Assembly (NCBI GenBank): GCA_964612925.1
Contig: CAZTFU010000005.1
Span: forward strand, 11,578-75,577
DNA length: 64,000 bases
From: an uncultured Clostridium sp.
Lineage (GTDB): Bacteria; Bacillota; Clostridia; Christensenellales; CAG-138
Reading direction: 5' to 3'
The notes under the pieces were generated by a model. It saw only the letters and a list, made by a program, of their open reading frames with translations, was not told the DNA's origin and did no database searches. A program made the position numbers and the translations under genes. This document shows positions 27,672 through 37,410 of this stretch, in pieces. How positions within the stretch are numbered: the stretch's first letter is position 1; every line of letters starts with the position of its first letter.

Positions 27672-29099
27672 TTAACCCAAGCGTATTTTTGCCTTTATAT
27701 ACGGGCCGCCGTCGGATACCTTTACCCATTCCTTATATCCCTTGCCACAGAAGCCTCCGCCCGCAAGGAATACATTTTCACTCATCATGGATATCGATTT
27801 CAAAAGATCGGGCACATAACCCGTAAGCACTATCGGGGAGAATATTCTGCCCGTAAGCTTGCCGTCCTTTATTTCGCGCGCAATGGATACCATGCACTGT
27901 ATGCCCCAGTTTTTGGGATCTTCCATGCCGCTACTGGGTTCCTGAAGCAGAAAACCGTACTTTACGGATGCTATCATATCCTCAAGCTTATCCTTGCCGC
28001 CTTCAAAGAAGGTATTCGTCATGCGCGTATACGCCTTGCGTTCAAAGCTTTCGCGGCGGCCGTTGCCCGTGGGCGCGGTGCCGAGTGCTTCCGCGGAGCG
28101 AATATCGCTTATGCCGGTTTGAAGTATGCCATGATCTATTATTATCGTATCGTGCGCCAAGGAGCCTTCATCATCGAAGAAATAGCTGCCCGTTTGGTTG
28201 CCCACCGCCGCACCGTCATGCATGGTGACAAGCTCGCTTGCCACCTGCTTGCCGACATAGCTTTTTGCAAGTGCCCTATCTTTGACAAACATATCCATCT
28301 CCACGCCATGGCCGAATGCTTCATGCACTATCATGCCCGTAACATCGGGATCGCATATGCATTCGTATTCGCCGGGTACCATGGGTTCCGAGTCAAGCAG
28401 TTCTATTGCCGTTTTTGCCGTGCGCTCAACGTGTTCATCGAGAGTTGAAAGCAGCTCCGCACCGCCCTGTATACTGCAACCGTGATGCGACTGCTTTATC
28501 TCCTGCCCCTTACGCGCTATGCCGAGCAGTACGCCCGATGTCCAAAGAAGGTCCTGCATAAGGTCACGATTTTTTGAAAGAAACAGCTTGTGTATTTCCT
28601 GATATGAGCAGGCCGCATAGAAATCCACCATGCGTTCGTCATACGCCATGCCCTTTTCGCGCAGTGCAGTAAGGCGATCAAGTATTTCCTTGTCCCCAAG
28701 CTCACGCGGGTGAAGTTCATATTCGCTTGCCGCCTCAAAGCACGCCTTTTCATCCGCGGGAATGCCCTTTTCCATAAAGCTTGCCCCATTTGGCAGCACG
28801 CTCAGTTCTCGCATGGCATTGCCTATTGCGGAAACGATATTGGGCATATCGTCCTTGCTTATATCGCTGAATGAGTATTCCCCATAACCGTTTTTATCCA
28901 TCACGCGCACAACAAAGCCGCGCCGTGTAAGCATACCATCCTGAGATGCTCCCGCTCCTCGTCCCGAAACATTATATGTTTTTGCCGAACAATCTTGGCC
29001 GAGTATGCTTGCATATTCATATTCTTTTTGCAACGCATTCAGCAGTTCCTTTAACAGCGGCTTCTTCTGCTGTAAAAAAGGGCTTGGTGAAACCTTCAT
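27672..29099 (-). CDS. tldD: TldD-family metalloprotease
   Basis: Track ORF 27672..29156. The start is moved to ATG 29099, 8 nt after GGAGG. The metal-binding motif is HEAFGHGVEMD. Confidence 0.82.
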   Translation of the reverse strand: MKVSPSPFLQQKKPLLKELLNALQKEYEYASILGQDCSAKTYNVSGRGAGASQDGMLTRRGFVVRVMDKNGYGEYSFSDISKDDMPNIVSAIGNAMRELSVLPNGASFMEKGIPADEKACFEAASEYELHPRELGDKEILDRLTALREKGMAYDERMVDFYAACSYQEIHKLFLSKNRDLMQDLLWTSGVLLGIARKGQEIKQSHHGCSIQGGAELLSTLDEHVERTAKTAIELLDSEPMVPGEYECICDPDVTGMIVHEAFGHGVEMDMFVKDRALAKSYVGKQVASELVTMHDGAAVGNQTGSYFFDDEGSLAHDTIIIDHGILQTGISDIRSAEALGTAPTGNGRRESFERKAYTRMTNTFFEGGKDKLEDMIASVKYGFLLQEPSSGMEDPKNWGIQCMVSIAREIKDGKLTGRIFSPIVLTGYVPDLLKSISMMSENVFLAGGGFCGKGYKEWVKVSDGGPYIKAKIRLG

Positions 29100-29185
29100 A
29101 CCGTTTACCTCCCATAGGTTTATTTGTATTTCAGTATACCATATTCCGCCGCACAAATAAAGCTATGGCGCAAACGGAATATGTG

Positions 29186-29194
29186 TGGTATACT
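29186..29194 (+). promoter_or_regulatory. extended -10 promoter element of the Y-family polymerase gene
   Basis: TGg-TATACT at 29186-29194. A mirror-image TGG-TATACT on the minus strand (29133-29141) probably serves tldD. Confidence 0.45.
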
Positions 29195-29198
29195 TAAT

Positions 29199-29214
29199 GC
29201 AAACATATGTTCTG
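29199..29214. promoter_or_regulatory. LexA (Cheo/SOS) box
   Basis: GCAAACATATGTTCTG compared with the Firmicute consensus CGAAC-N4-GTTCG shows one left-half mismatch. It sits 5 nt downstream of the -10 element and 21 nt upstream of GTG 29235. Confidence 0.6.
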
Positions 29215-29234
29215 CGCATGAAAGGAGCACGGCC

Positions 29235-30746
29235 GTGAGCGGAAAAACCTATATAGCCATAGATCTGAAATCATTCTTCGCATCGGTCGAATGCGTTGAA
29301 CGCGGTCTTGATCCGTTGACCACAAACCTTGTTGTTGCGGACGAAAGCCGCACGGAGAAAACGATATGTCTTGCGGTATCGCCGTCTCTTAAAGCTTATG
29401 GTATAGGCGGCAGGGCAAGGCTTTTTGAGGTAGTATCCCGCATGAAGGAGGTAAACGCCCTAAGGCGCATGAGTGCACCGAATAAACGGTTTAGCGGAAG
29501 CTCAAGCAATGCGCTCGAGCTTAACGCCGACCCGATGCTTGAGGCGGATTACATTATTGCCCCGCCGCATATGAGCCGCTATATGCGCTACAGTACCCGT
29601 GCGTACAACATATATCTTAAATACATAGCACCCGATGATATACACGTTTATTCTATAGACGAGGTGTTTATAGACGCTACGCCGTACCTTGTAAAATACG
29701 GCATTACGGCAAGGAAGCTTGCCATGCGGCTGATACTTGACGTGCTTGGTTCAACCGGCGTTACGGCAACGGCAGGCATAGGCACAAATATGTACCTTGC
29801 AAAGGTTGCGCTTGATATAGGTGCAAAGCATATCGAGCCCGATGCCAACGGTGTGCGCATAGCCGAGCTTGATGAGTTGTCATATAGGCGCACACTGTGG
29901 GATCATACTCCGATAACCGATTTTTGGCGCGTCGGTCGCGGATACGCACGGCGTCTCGACTCCGTTGGGCTTCACACCATGGGGGACATTGCGCGCTGTT
30001 CAATAGGCAAAGCGGATGAATATTATAATGAGGAGCTGTTATATAACCTTTTCGGAGTAAATGCGGAACTGCTCATTGACCATGCGTGGGGATGGGAAAG
30101 CTGCACCATTGCGGACATAAAGGCGTATACGCCCGATTCGCGCAGTATCAGCAGCGGTCAGGTATTACAGTGCCCGTATGATTTTGCAAAGGCGCGCATA
30201 GTCGTGCGTGAAATGGCCGAAAACATGGCACTTGAGCTTGTAGATAAGGGGCTTACCGCACGGCAGATAGCACTATATATAGGCTACGATACGGAAAATC
30301 TGAAGGACAAAAACCGCCGTGCCAATTATTCGGGGCAAATAGTGAAGGATGTTTACGGCAGGGAAATACCAAAACAAGCACACGGCACGGTAAGTCTGGC
30401 TCGACCCACAGCAAGCACACGCCTTATAACCTCCGCCGTACTCAGTATATTCGATAGGGTTGCGGACAAGGCATTGCTTGTGCGGCGATTAACGGTTGCG
30501 GCGCTCGGAATAGTAAGTGAAGCGACCATAAAGCAGCACCCTCAAGCACAGCAGATGGACATGTTTACGGATCAACAGGCGCAGTTAAGTGCACAAGCGG
30601 AGCTTGAACGTGAAAGGCATGCTCAGCAGGCCATGCTTTCAATAAAAAAGCGATTCGGCAAGAATGCGATATTAAAGGGCATGAACCTTAAAGAGGGTGC
30701 AACCGCACGCGAACGCAATCATCAAATAGGGGGACACAGGGAATGA
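29235..30746 (+). CDS. Y-family DNA polymerase (UmuC/DinB/UvrX-like translesion polymerase)
   Basis: Track ORF 29124..30746. The start is moved to GTG 29235 behind AAAGGAG. The N-terminus YIAIDLKSFFASVECVERGLDP is typical of the ImpB/MucB/SamB family. Confidence 0.85.
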   Translation: MSGKTYIAIDLKSFFASVECVERGLDPLTTNLVVADESRTEKTICLAVSPSLKAYGIGGRARLFEVVSRMKEVNALRRMSAPNKRFSGSSSNALELNADPMLEADYIIAPPHMSRYMRYSTRAYNIYLKYIAPDDIHVYSIDEVFIDATPYLVKYGITARKLAMRLILDVLGSTGVTATAGIGTNMYLAKVALDIGAKHIEPDANGVRIAELDELSYRRTLWDHTPITDFWRVGRGYARRLDSVGLHTMGDIARCSIGKADEYYNEELLYNLFGVNAELLIDHAWGWESCTIADIKAYTPDSRSISSGQVLQCPYDFAKARIVVREMAENMALELVDKGLTARQIALYIGYDTENLKDKNRRANYSGQIVKDVYGREIPKQAHGTVSLARPTASTRLITSAVLSIFDRVADKALLVRRLTVAALGIVSEATIKQHPQAQQMDMFTDQQAQLSAQAELERERHAQQAMLSIKKRFGKNAILKGMNLKEGATARERNHQIGGHRE

Positions 30747-31165
30747 GCAATAAATATGATGACATGCTGCACATGCCGCACCATGTATCCGCAAGGCACC
30801 TGCCGATGAGCTCGAGTGAGCGAGCGGCGCAGTTTTCTCCCTTTGCGGCATTGAGTGGGTATGAGGCGGCACTTGACGAATCCGCCAGAGTAACTCAACA
30901 AAGAATAGAACTTGACGAGCAGGAAAAGGAGCGCATAAATAAGGCTCTTGTTGTCATAAAGAAAAACATAGCCGCACGACCCATGCTTCACATAACCCAT
31001 TTTGTGCCGGATGAATTAAAATGCGGCGGCACGTATACGGAAACAATGGCAGCGGTAAAGCGCGTGGATGAATACGGTTGTTTTCTTGTGCTGACAGACG
31101 GCAAAAGGATAGCACTGGATGACATTATCAATATAGAAGGAGATATATTGAAGAAAGCATATTGA
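30743..31165 (+). CDS. YolD-like protein (accessory of Y-family polymerases)
   Basis: 140 aa, overlapping the polymerase stop by 4 nt. Size, position and the RAAQFSPFAALSGYEAAL segment match the YolD/YqjX arrangement in Bacillus. Confidence 0.7.
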   Translation: MSNKYDDMLHMPHHVSARHLPMSSSERAAQFSPFAALSGYEAALDESARVTQQRIELDEQEKERINKALVVIKKNIAARPMLHITHFVPDELKCGGTYTETMAAVKRVDEYGCFLVLTDGKRIALDDIINIEGDILKKAY

Positions 31166-31413
31166 CGCATTAGCTTTAATCGGAAGTATGGCTTCAATTC
31201 GGCAACTTCTGTATAAATATGATATTCTGCGGTATATAAAAGTTATGGTACTTGTTTCATAACAGCCCTGTTTTTCGCATTTTGACTGTTACCGATGGTT
31301 GTTCGGTGTATAATTCCATTTCGGAATAAAGAATTTCATTCATAGGTATTGCTTTTTTCGACACGATGTTGTATCTTATAAAGAGCGTATAGAATACGTT
31401 TCATGGAGGATGC

Positions 31414-32439
31414 ATGGATAAGATTCGCCTTGGCCGCACTGAGCTTATGGTAACGGCTTGTTCATTCGGTGCATTGCCGATTCAAAGGCGCAGCATTGAT
31501 GACGCCGTTTCGTTGCTTCGCAAAGCCTATGACAGTGGCATAAATTATTTTGACACCGCGAATATGTATTCCGACAGCGAATTGAAGCTTGGCTTTGCGC
31601 TAAGTGATGTTCGGCATGACATAATTATTTCCACAAAATCGGGCGGCAAGGATAAGGCAACCGTTACGGCTCATATAGAAAATAGCCTTCGTGCGTTGAA
31701 TACCGACTATATCGACCTGTTTCAGTTCCACAATCCGCCGACCATGCCCCTGCTTGATGATGATAACGGTCCCTTTGCCGCGGCACTTGAAGCCAAGCGC
31801 AAGGGCTATATCAGGCATATAGGCATAACCAACCACCGACTGGATCTTGCCGAGCGTTGCATAGAAAGCGGACTTTTTGAAACGCTGCAATTTCCGTTCA
31901 GCTACATCGGCACAAAGGAAGAAATTGACCTTGCGCGCCGCTGTAAGGAAGCGGATATGGGCTTTATAGCAATGAAGGGTCTTGCAGGCGGACTGCTTAG
32001 TAATGCCAAGGCCTGCATGAACTTCATAAAGCAATATGATAACGTTGTACCCATTTGGGGTATACAGACTGAAGAGGAATTGGACGAATGGTTGTCGCTT
32101 GAAAAAGCGGGTGACTTCGCCATCACGGATGAGATACGTTCTATAATAGAACGTGACCGTAGGGAACTTAGCGGGAACTTCTGCCGCAGCTGTGGCTATT
32201 GTCTCCCCTGCCCCGCCGGAATAGACATTCCGCAGGCGGCCCGCATGAGCCGATTACTGCGCCGTTCACCTTATCAGCCGTATATGAGCGATGGATGGTA
32301 CAAAAAGATGCACCGCATAGACAATTGCCTTGGTTGCGGCGCGTGCGCATCCCGTTGTCCGTATGGATTGGATACGCCAAAGCTGCTAAAGGAAATGCTT
32401 GAGGATTACGAAACCTTCTATTCGGAGCATAAGAACTGA
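31414..32439 (+). CDS. aldo/keto reductase with C-terminal 4Fe-4S domain
   Basis: AKR N-terminus (LGRTELMVTACSFGALPIQR, INYFDTANMY) plus C-terminal cysteine motifs CRSCGYCLPCP and CLGCGACASRCP. Confidence 0.85.
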   Translation: MDKIRLGRTELMVTACSFGALPIQRRSIDDAVSLLRKAYDSGINYFDTANMYSDSELKLGFALSDVRHDIIISTKSGGKDKATVTAHIENSLRALNTDYIDLFQFHNPPTMPLLDDDNGPFAAALEAKRKGYIRHIGITNHRLDLAERCIESGLFETLQFPFSYIGTKEEIDLARRCKEADMGFIAMKGLAGGLLSNAKACMNFIKQYDNVVPIWGIQTEEELDEWLSLEKAGDFAITDEIRSIIERDRRELSGNFCRSCGYCLPCPAGIDIPQAARMSRLLRRSPYQPYMSDGWYKKMHRIDNCLGCGACASRCPYGLDTPKLLKEMLEDYETFYSEHKN

Positions 32440-32496
32440 CGTTGCCGGTCTCGCGCCTGCAGTGTGACCCCCCTCCCGCCGCAGGCAGTTTTCTGC

Positions 32497-32535
32497 ACGG
32501 AGCCGTTTTTACCGCAGAACGGCTCCGTTTTTTTA
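32497..32535 (+). terminator. intrinsic terminator after the AKR gene
   Basis: Stem ACGGAGCCGTT/AACGGCTCCGT followed by TTTTTTT. Confidence 0.8.
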
Positions 32536-32594
32536 CTCTTTATTTTATGTGCGGATTCTGTTAAAATCTAACCGTTACCAAAACCGATAGGACA

Positions 32595-33758
32595 ATGACC
32601 ATGGCACACAAGAAAAAAACTCTTTTTCAAATGCTTAAACCCCAGCTTATTTTAATAGGCTCAATAATACTCTCGGTTGCGATATTCGCCCTCTGCTACA
32701 GTGCGGGCGGCGTAAGCATACTCAGTGACCCCGCATATGCAACCGATGCCGATGCACAGCCCGACGAATCGCCCGATGTTACTCCTGTCGGCTCACCCGA
32801 GGGCTCCGTTGTGCCGAGCGCAACGCCAAAGCCTTCAACGGCAGGCAGGCTTATACCTTATTACGACGCAAACGGCCTTTGGGGATACAAAAACACATCC
32901 GGTCAGGTTGTTATAGATGCAATATATTCGGATGCTGCCGAATTTGACGGTGAAGTTGCATTCGCCGCGCAAGGCAGTCTCTGGGGGCTTATTGACAAAA
33001 GCGGTACATGGATAGTCGAACCCGTTTGGGAGCATATAAGCGTTTTCAGTGAGGATAAGGCCGCCGTTGAATCGGGCGACAAGTGGGGCTATATAGACCG
33101 CGAAGGCAAGCTTATAATAGATTATAAATTCCGTGAGGTAGGTGATTTTCACTGCGGCCGTGCAATGGCGCGTTCAGGCTCCGAATACGGGTTTATCGAT
33201 GTGAACGGAGATGTTGCCGTATCCCAAAAATGGTCCGAGGTAAGTGATTACGGTGAGGATGTTGCCTTTGCCCGCTCCTCAAGCGGCAACAGTTACATAA
33301 TCGATAAGGTCGGTGAAAAGATAGCTACACTGTCCTCAAAGCAATATGGCACGGCCTATAATGAAGGTTATGCCCTTATACGCGAAGGCAGTGAGGTTTA
33401 TTTTTTCAACAGCAAGGCTCAAACCGCTTATAAAACCCGCTATCAGGACGGGCTCAGCTTCTCAGGCGGCTATGCGGCGGTTCAGCTTGACGGAAAATGG
33501 GGCTTTATAAACACCCGCGGTTCGCTTGAAATAAGCAACAAATACCGCGAGGCACGCTCCTTCTCAAACGGTCTTGCCGCAGTGCAGGATTACGAAAGCG
33601 GTATGTGGGGTTACATAAACATATACGGTGAATACATAATACAACCGCAATTCGATACCGCCGATCCATTCAGCGATGGTTTTGCCCTTGTAAGTATTGA
33701 GGGTGAATATTCGCTTGTCAATAAATCCGGTGAGCTTACATATATGTATTCCAAGTAA
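32595..33758 (+). CDS. membrane-anchored WG-repeat (KWG) protein
   Basis: TM helix LILIGSIILSVAIFALCY, a Pro/Ser/Thr linker, then many repeats of the form WGYI(D/N)..G..(V/I)I...(Y/F). ATG 32601 is an alternative start. Confidence 0.8.
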   Translation: MTMAHKKKTLFQMLKPQLILIGSIILSVAIFALCYSAGGVSILSDPAYATDADAQPDESPDVTPVGSPEGSVVPSATPKPSTAGRLIPYYDANGLWGYKNTSGQVVIDAIYSDAAEFDGEVAFAAQGSLWGLIDKSGTWIVEPVWEHISVFSEDKAAVESGDKWGYIDREGKLIIDYKFREVGDFHCGRAMARSGSEYGFIDVNGDVAVSQKWSEVSDYGEDVAFARSSSGNSYIIDKVGEKIATLSSKQYGTAYNEGYALIREGSEVYFFNSKAQTAYKTRYQDGLSFSGGYAAVQLDGKWGFINTRGSLEISNKYREARSFSNGLAAVQDYESGMWGYINIYGEYIIQPQFDTADPFSDGFALVSIEGEYSLVNKSGELTYMYSK

Positions 33759-33800
33759 AGTGTATTCCATTGGCGTACACAAGCACACGCAAAGCGTACA

Positions 33801-33836
33801 GGTCGAAACAATCAGGTATTGTTTTCGGCCTTTTTG
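33801..33836 (+). terminator. intrinsic terminator after the WG-repeat gene
   Basis: Hairpin GGTCGAAACAAT/ATTGTTTTCGGCC (one bulge, one G-U pair) followed by TTTTT. Confidence 0.65.
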
Positions 33837-33847
33837 TTGATATGGCA

Positions 33848-33876
33848 TTGATTTAAGTCAAATAAGCTCGTATAAT
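33848..33876 (+). promoter_or_regulatory. sigma-70-type promoter of tdh-kbl
   Basis: TTGATT (33848-33853), a 17-nt spacer, then TATAAT (33871-33876). Confidence 0.55.
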
Positions 33877-33936
33877 ATGTCTGTACAGTGTGGACAGCAC
33901 AGTTACAATACAATATCAGGATGCGAGGTTTATGGT

Positions 33937-34977
33937 ATGCAGAAAATGATGGATGCGCTTGTTAAACCGGAGCGCGCAAAAGGACTTATTCTTACACAGG
34001 TACCCGTTCCGGAGCCCGGTATAGGTGAGGTGCTTATAAAAATACACAAAACGGCCATATGCGGCACCGATGTGCACATTTACAATTGGGATCAGTGGAG
34101 TGAGCAGCATATCAACCCGCCCATGGTAATAGGTCATGAATACGTAGGTGAGATTGCCGCACTCGGCCCCGGCGTTACCGAATACAAGGTTGGCGATATA
34201 GTATCGGGCGAAGGTCATATAGTTTGCGGTCACTGCCGTAACTGCCGCGCGGGCAACGGTCAGTGGTGCAAGGAAACCCGCGGCGTAGGCGTTGACAGAC
34301 AGGGTGCATTTGCCGAATATGTCTGTATACCCAAAACCAATGTTATACTCATTCCCGACGGTATACCCGAGGAGATAGTATCCTTCTTTGACGCATACGG
34401 CAACGCAACGCACACGGCAACGATGTTCGATGTTGTGGGTGAAGACGTACTTATCACGGGTGCGGGTCCCATAGGCATGATGGCTGTTGGCATTTGCCGT
34501 CAGAACGGCGCACGCAATATAATAGTTACCGACGTTAACGATTACAGGCTCAATATAGCAAAGCAAATGGGTGCAACGGCAACGGTCAATTTGACCCATG
34601 AAAAGCTTGAAGATGCAATGGCCGCGCATAACATGGTTGAGGGCTTTGACGTTGGCCTTGAAATGAGCGGCAACGGCAATGCACTCAATCAGCTGCTTAA
34701 ATCCATGCGCAACGGCGGCAAGGTGGCGCTGCTCGGCATAGCGGGCCCCGGTACAGTAATAGACTGGAATGATGTAATATTCAAGGGTTTGACCATTCAG
34801 GGCATTTACGGCAGAAAGATGTTTGAAACATGGTACAGAATGATTGCGATGACGCAGGCGGGGCTTGATCTTTCGCCCATAATAACGCACCGTTACCATT
34901 ATACCGAATTTGAAAAGGGCTTTGAGGCCATGAACAGCGGTCATTCAGGCAAGGTAATACTTTCCTGGGATAAATAA
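33937..34977 (+). CDS. tdh: L-threonine 3-dehydrogenase
   Basis: Track ORF 33877..34977. The start is moved downstream of the predicted promoter to ATG 33937. [21 protein letters not shown] and [11 protein letters not shown] closely follow E. coli Tdh. Confidence 0.9.
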   Translation: MQKMMDALVKPERAKGLILTQVPVPEPGIGEVLIKIHKTAICGTDVHIYNWDQWSEQHINPPMVIGHEYVGEIAALGPGVTEYKVGDIVSGEGHIVCGHCRNCRAGNGQWCKETRGVGVDRQGAFAEYVCIPKTNVILIPDGIPEEIVSFFDAYGNATHTATMFDVVGEDVLITGAGPIGMMAVGICRQNGARNIIVTDVNDYRLNIAKQMGATATVNLTHEKLEDAMAAHNMVEGFDVGLEMSGNGNALNQLLKSMRNGGKVALLGIAGPGTVIDWNDVIFKGLTIQGIYGRKMFETWYRMIAMTQAGLDLSPIITHRYHYTEFEKGFEAMNSGHSGKVILSWDK

Positions 34978-34996
34978 AAAGGAGGAGCAAGTCACA

Positions 34997-36178
34997 ATGA
35001 AAAACGCATATGAAATCTATGCAAAGGAACTTGAAGGCATCCGCGAGGCGGGCACATACAAGGATGAGCGCATAATCACCACCGAACAGCGCGCCCGTAT
35101 AGACACCACGGCCACGCATGGCGTACTCAATATGTGCGCCAACAACTACCTTGGCCTTTCCAACAACCGTGACCTTATCGAGGCCGCCAAGGAAAGCTAT
35201 GACAAATGGGGCTTTGGTCTGTCAAGCGTGCGGTTCATTTGCGGCACGCAGGATATACACAAGCAGCTTGAAAGGAAGCTTGCCGAATTTGTCGGCACGG
35301 AGGACTGCATACTCTACTCCTCCTGCTTTGATGCAAACGGCGGTCTGTTTGAAACGCTTCTCGGTGCTGAGGATGCAATAATTTCGGACGAGCTGAACCA
35401 CGCAAGCATTATAGACGGCATACGTCTTTGCAAGGCAAAGCGTTTCCGCTACAAGAACAATGACATGGCAGACCTCAGGGCACAGCTTGAGGCGGCCAAG
35501 GATTGCCGTATAAAGCTTATTGCAACGGACGGTGTGTTCAGTATGGACGGTTACATTGCCAACCTGCCCGCAATATGCGACCTTGCGGACGAATACGGTG
35601 CTCTTGTAATGGTAGACGATTCGCATGCAGTCGGTTTCATGGGTGAACACGGTCGCGGCACGGCAGAGGCCTGCGGCGTTATGGGTCGTGTTGATATAGT
35701 CACGGGTACGCTCGGCAAGGCTCTCGGCGGGGCAAGCGGCGGTTACACCTGCGCAAGCAAGGAAATAGTTGACCTTTTAAGGCAGCGCAGCAGACCGTAC
35801 CTTTTCAGCAATGCACTTGCACCGGCAATTTGCGCGGCAAGTCTCAAGGTGCTTGAAATGCTTACCGAATCCACCGCACTGCGCGACAAGGTACACGAGA
35901 ACACTGCATTTTTCCGCAGTGAGCTTGGCAAGCTCGGCTTTGACGTTCTTCCGGGCACCCATCCTATAGTTCCCGTAATGCTTTACGATGCACGCACCGC
36001 GCAGGAATTCGCCGCCCGCATGCTTGAAAAGGGCGTGTATGTTATCGGTTTCTGCTATCCCGTCGTGCCCATGGGCAAGGCGCGCATACGCACGCAGGTT
36101 TCCGCGGGTCACAGCAAAGAGGACCTTGAATTTGCGGTGAAATGCTTCAAGGAAGTCAAGGAAGAAATGGGACTTTGA
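34997..36178 (+). CDS. kbl: glycine C-acetyltransferase (2-amino-3-ketobutyrate CoA ligase)
   Basis: RBS AAGGAGG upstream. The alpha-oxoamine synthase sequence includes [22 protein letters not shown] and GTLGKALGG (PLP Lys). It is paired with tdh. Confidence 0.9.
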   Translation: MKNAYEIYAKELEGIREAGTYKDERIITTEQRARIDTTATHGVLNMCANNYLGLSNNRDLIEAAKESYDKWGFGLSSVRFICGTQDIHKQLERKLAEFVGTEDCILYSSCFDANGGLFETLLGAEDAIISDELNHASIIDGIRLCKAKRFRYKNNDMADLRAQLEAAKDCRIKLIATDGVFSMDGYIANLPAICDLADEYGALVMVDDSHAVGFMGEHGRGTAEACGVMGRVDIVTGTLGKALGGASGGYTCASKEIVDLLRQRSRPYLFSNALAPAICAASLKVLEMLTESTALRDKVHENTAFFRSELGKLGFDVLPGTHPIVPVMLYDARTAQEFAARMLEKGVYVIGFCYPVVPMGKARIRTQVSAGHSKEDLEFAVKCFKEVKEEMGL

Positions 36179-36196
36179 TCCCGATAAACTTAAAAA

Positions 36197-36223
36197 GGGC
36201 GAAGGATTTCCTTCGCTCTTTTT
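36197..36223 (+). terminator. intrinsic terminator after kbl
   Basis: Stem GCGAAGG/CCTTCGC with loop ATTT, followed by TCTTTTT. Confidence 0.7.
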
Positions 36224-36228
36224 GCAGT

Positions 36229-36413
36229 GTCGAAAAAGTGGCAAAAAGCCACTTTTTCGAGTTTTCTCGCCCTTTTGTCTCTCACATTCGTTCCCGGGCG
36301 CAAAAGGGCGCAATGTACGAAAACCTATTGGTTTTCATCCGTTTTGACGCACATGTCGTCAAAGCCGGAATAAATTAAGGGACTACCGTCCCTTAACAAC
36401 CCCGATGTTTTGA
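36229..36413 (+). repeat. hairpin-rich repeat family 2, copy B (uninterrupted)
   Basis: Aligns with the reverse complement of 25911..25931 plus 26212..26378. Five hairpins are preserved between the copies, three of them through compensatory or loop-only changes. Confidence 0.75.
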
Positions 36414-36421
36414 CAAGCTGA

Positions 36422-36450
36422 AGCGAAGAGTGTCCTTCGCTCTTTCTTTA
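36422..36450 (+). terminator. second terminator-like hairpin, near-duplicate of 36197..36223
   Basis: Stem AGCGAAG/CTTCGCT with loop AGTGTC, followed by CTTTCTTTA. It shares TCCTTCGCTCTTT with the kbl terminator. Confidence 0.45.
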
Positions 36451-36468
36451 TACTGCATATCGCGGTAA

Positions 36469-37395
36469 TTATTCCTGATCCATTCTGCTCAGCTCGGTCG
36501 CAATTTTTGCCGCGCAACGGGCATTGTTCAATGCAAGCTTAACATTTGCGTCAAACGCCTTGCCGCCCGTAATATCCTTTATGTTTGCAAGCAGGAACGG
36601 CGTTATCTCTTTGCCGCGAACGCCTGCCTTGTCCGCCTTTTCAAGTGCCTTCTGTATTACCCCTTCCATATAGTCAAAGTCCATTGCATATTCCTCGGGT
36701 ATGGGGTTGCCTATAAGCATGCCGCCCTTGAGTCCAAGTTCACGCTTGGTATGTATAAGCTTTGCTATATCGGTTTCATCGTTGGCGGCATAGTCTACGC
36801 CAAAGCCGCTTTTTCTGCAATAAAACGCGGGGAAGTCGCCTGTTCCGTTGCCTATTACGGGCACGCCCATCGTTTCAAGATATTCAAGTGTGCGCCCTAT
36901 GTCAAGTATCTGCTTTGCACCGGCGCATACTACCGCAACGTCCGTATGGGCAAGTTCCTGCAAATCCGCGGATACGTCCATGGTCGTTTCGCCATGCCTG
37001 TGTACGCCGCCTATGCCGCCCGTTGCAAAAACCTGTATTCCCGCATAAGCACAGCACATCATTGTGCTTGCAACGGTGGTTGCACCGCACTTTCCTTCGG
37101 CAACGTATATGGCAAAATCTCTGCGGCTGACCTTGCCCACGTTTTCCGCGCGGCACATCAATTCAAGCTCGTCCGACGTAAGACCGATCTTTATGCGGCC
37201 GTTGACTATTGCCATTGTTGCGGGCACTGCGCCCTCACTGCGGACGACCTTTTCCACCTCTGCGGCAAATGAAAGGTTCTCGGGATAAGGCATACCGTGG
37301 CTTAAAATCGTGCTTTCAAGCGCAACAACGGGTCTGTTTTCCGCCAAGGCTTCCGCAACTTCAGGTTTAATGTCTATATACCTGTTCAGTTCCAT
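36469..37395 (-). CDS. psuG: pseudouridine-5'-phosphate glycosidase
   Basis: The N-terminus EVAEALAENRPVVALESTILSHGMPYPEN is typical of PsuG/YeiN. 308 aa. Confidence 0.9.
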   Translation of the reverse strand: MELNRYIDIKPEVAEALAENRPVVALESTILSHGMPYPENLSFAAEVEKVVRSEGAVPATMAIVNGRIKIGLTSDELELMCRAENVGKVSRRDFAIYVAEGKCGATTVASTMMCCAYAGIQVFATGGIGGVHRHGETTMDVSADLQELAHTDVAVVCAGAKQILDIGRTLEYLETMGVPVIGNGTGDFPAFYCRKSGFGVDYAANDETDIAKLIHTKRELGLKGGMLIGNPIPEEYAMDFDYMEGVIQKALEKADKAGVRGKEITPFLLANIKDITGGKAFDANVKLALNNARCAAKIATELSRMDQE

Positions 37396-37410
37396 ATTAA
37401 ATATCCTCCG

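Noticed and set aside
26388-29099. TldD/PmbA pair as the core of a RiPP or microcin maturation system.
   Set aside because: No precursor-peptide ORF, cyclodehydratase, exporter or immunity gene is adjacent. TldD/E pairs are common housekeeping proteases.
31282-31314. Promoter TTGACT ... TATAAT upstream of the aldo/keto reductase gene.
   Set aside because: The spacer is 21 nt, outside the functional 16-18 nt range.
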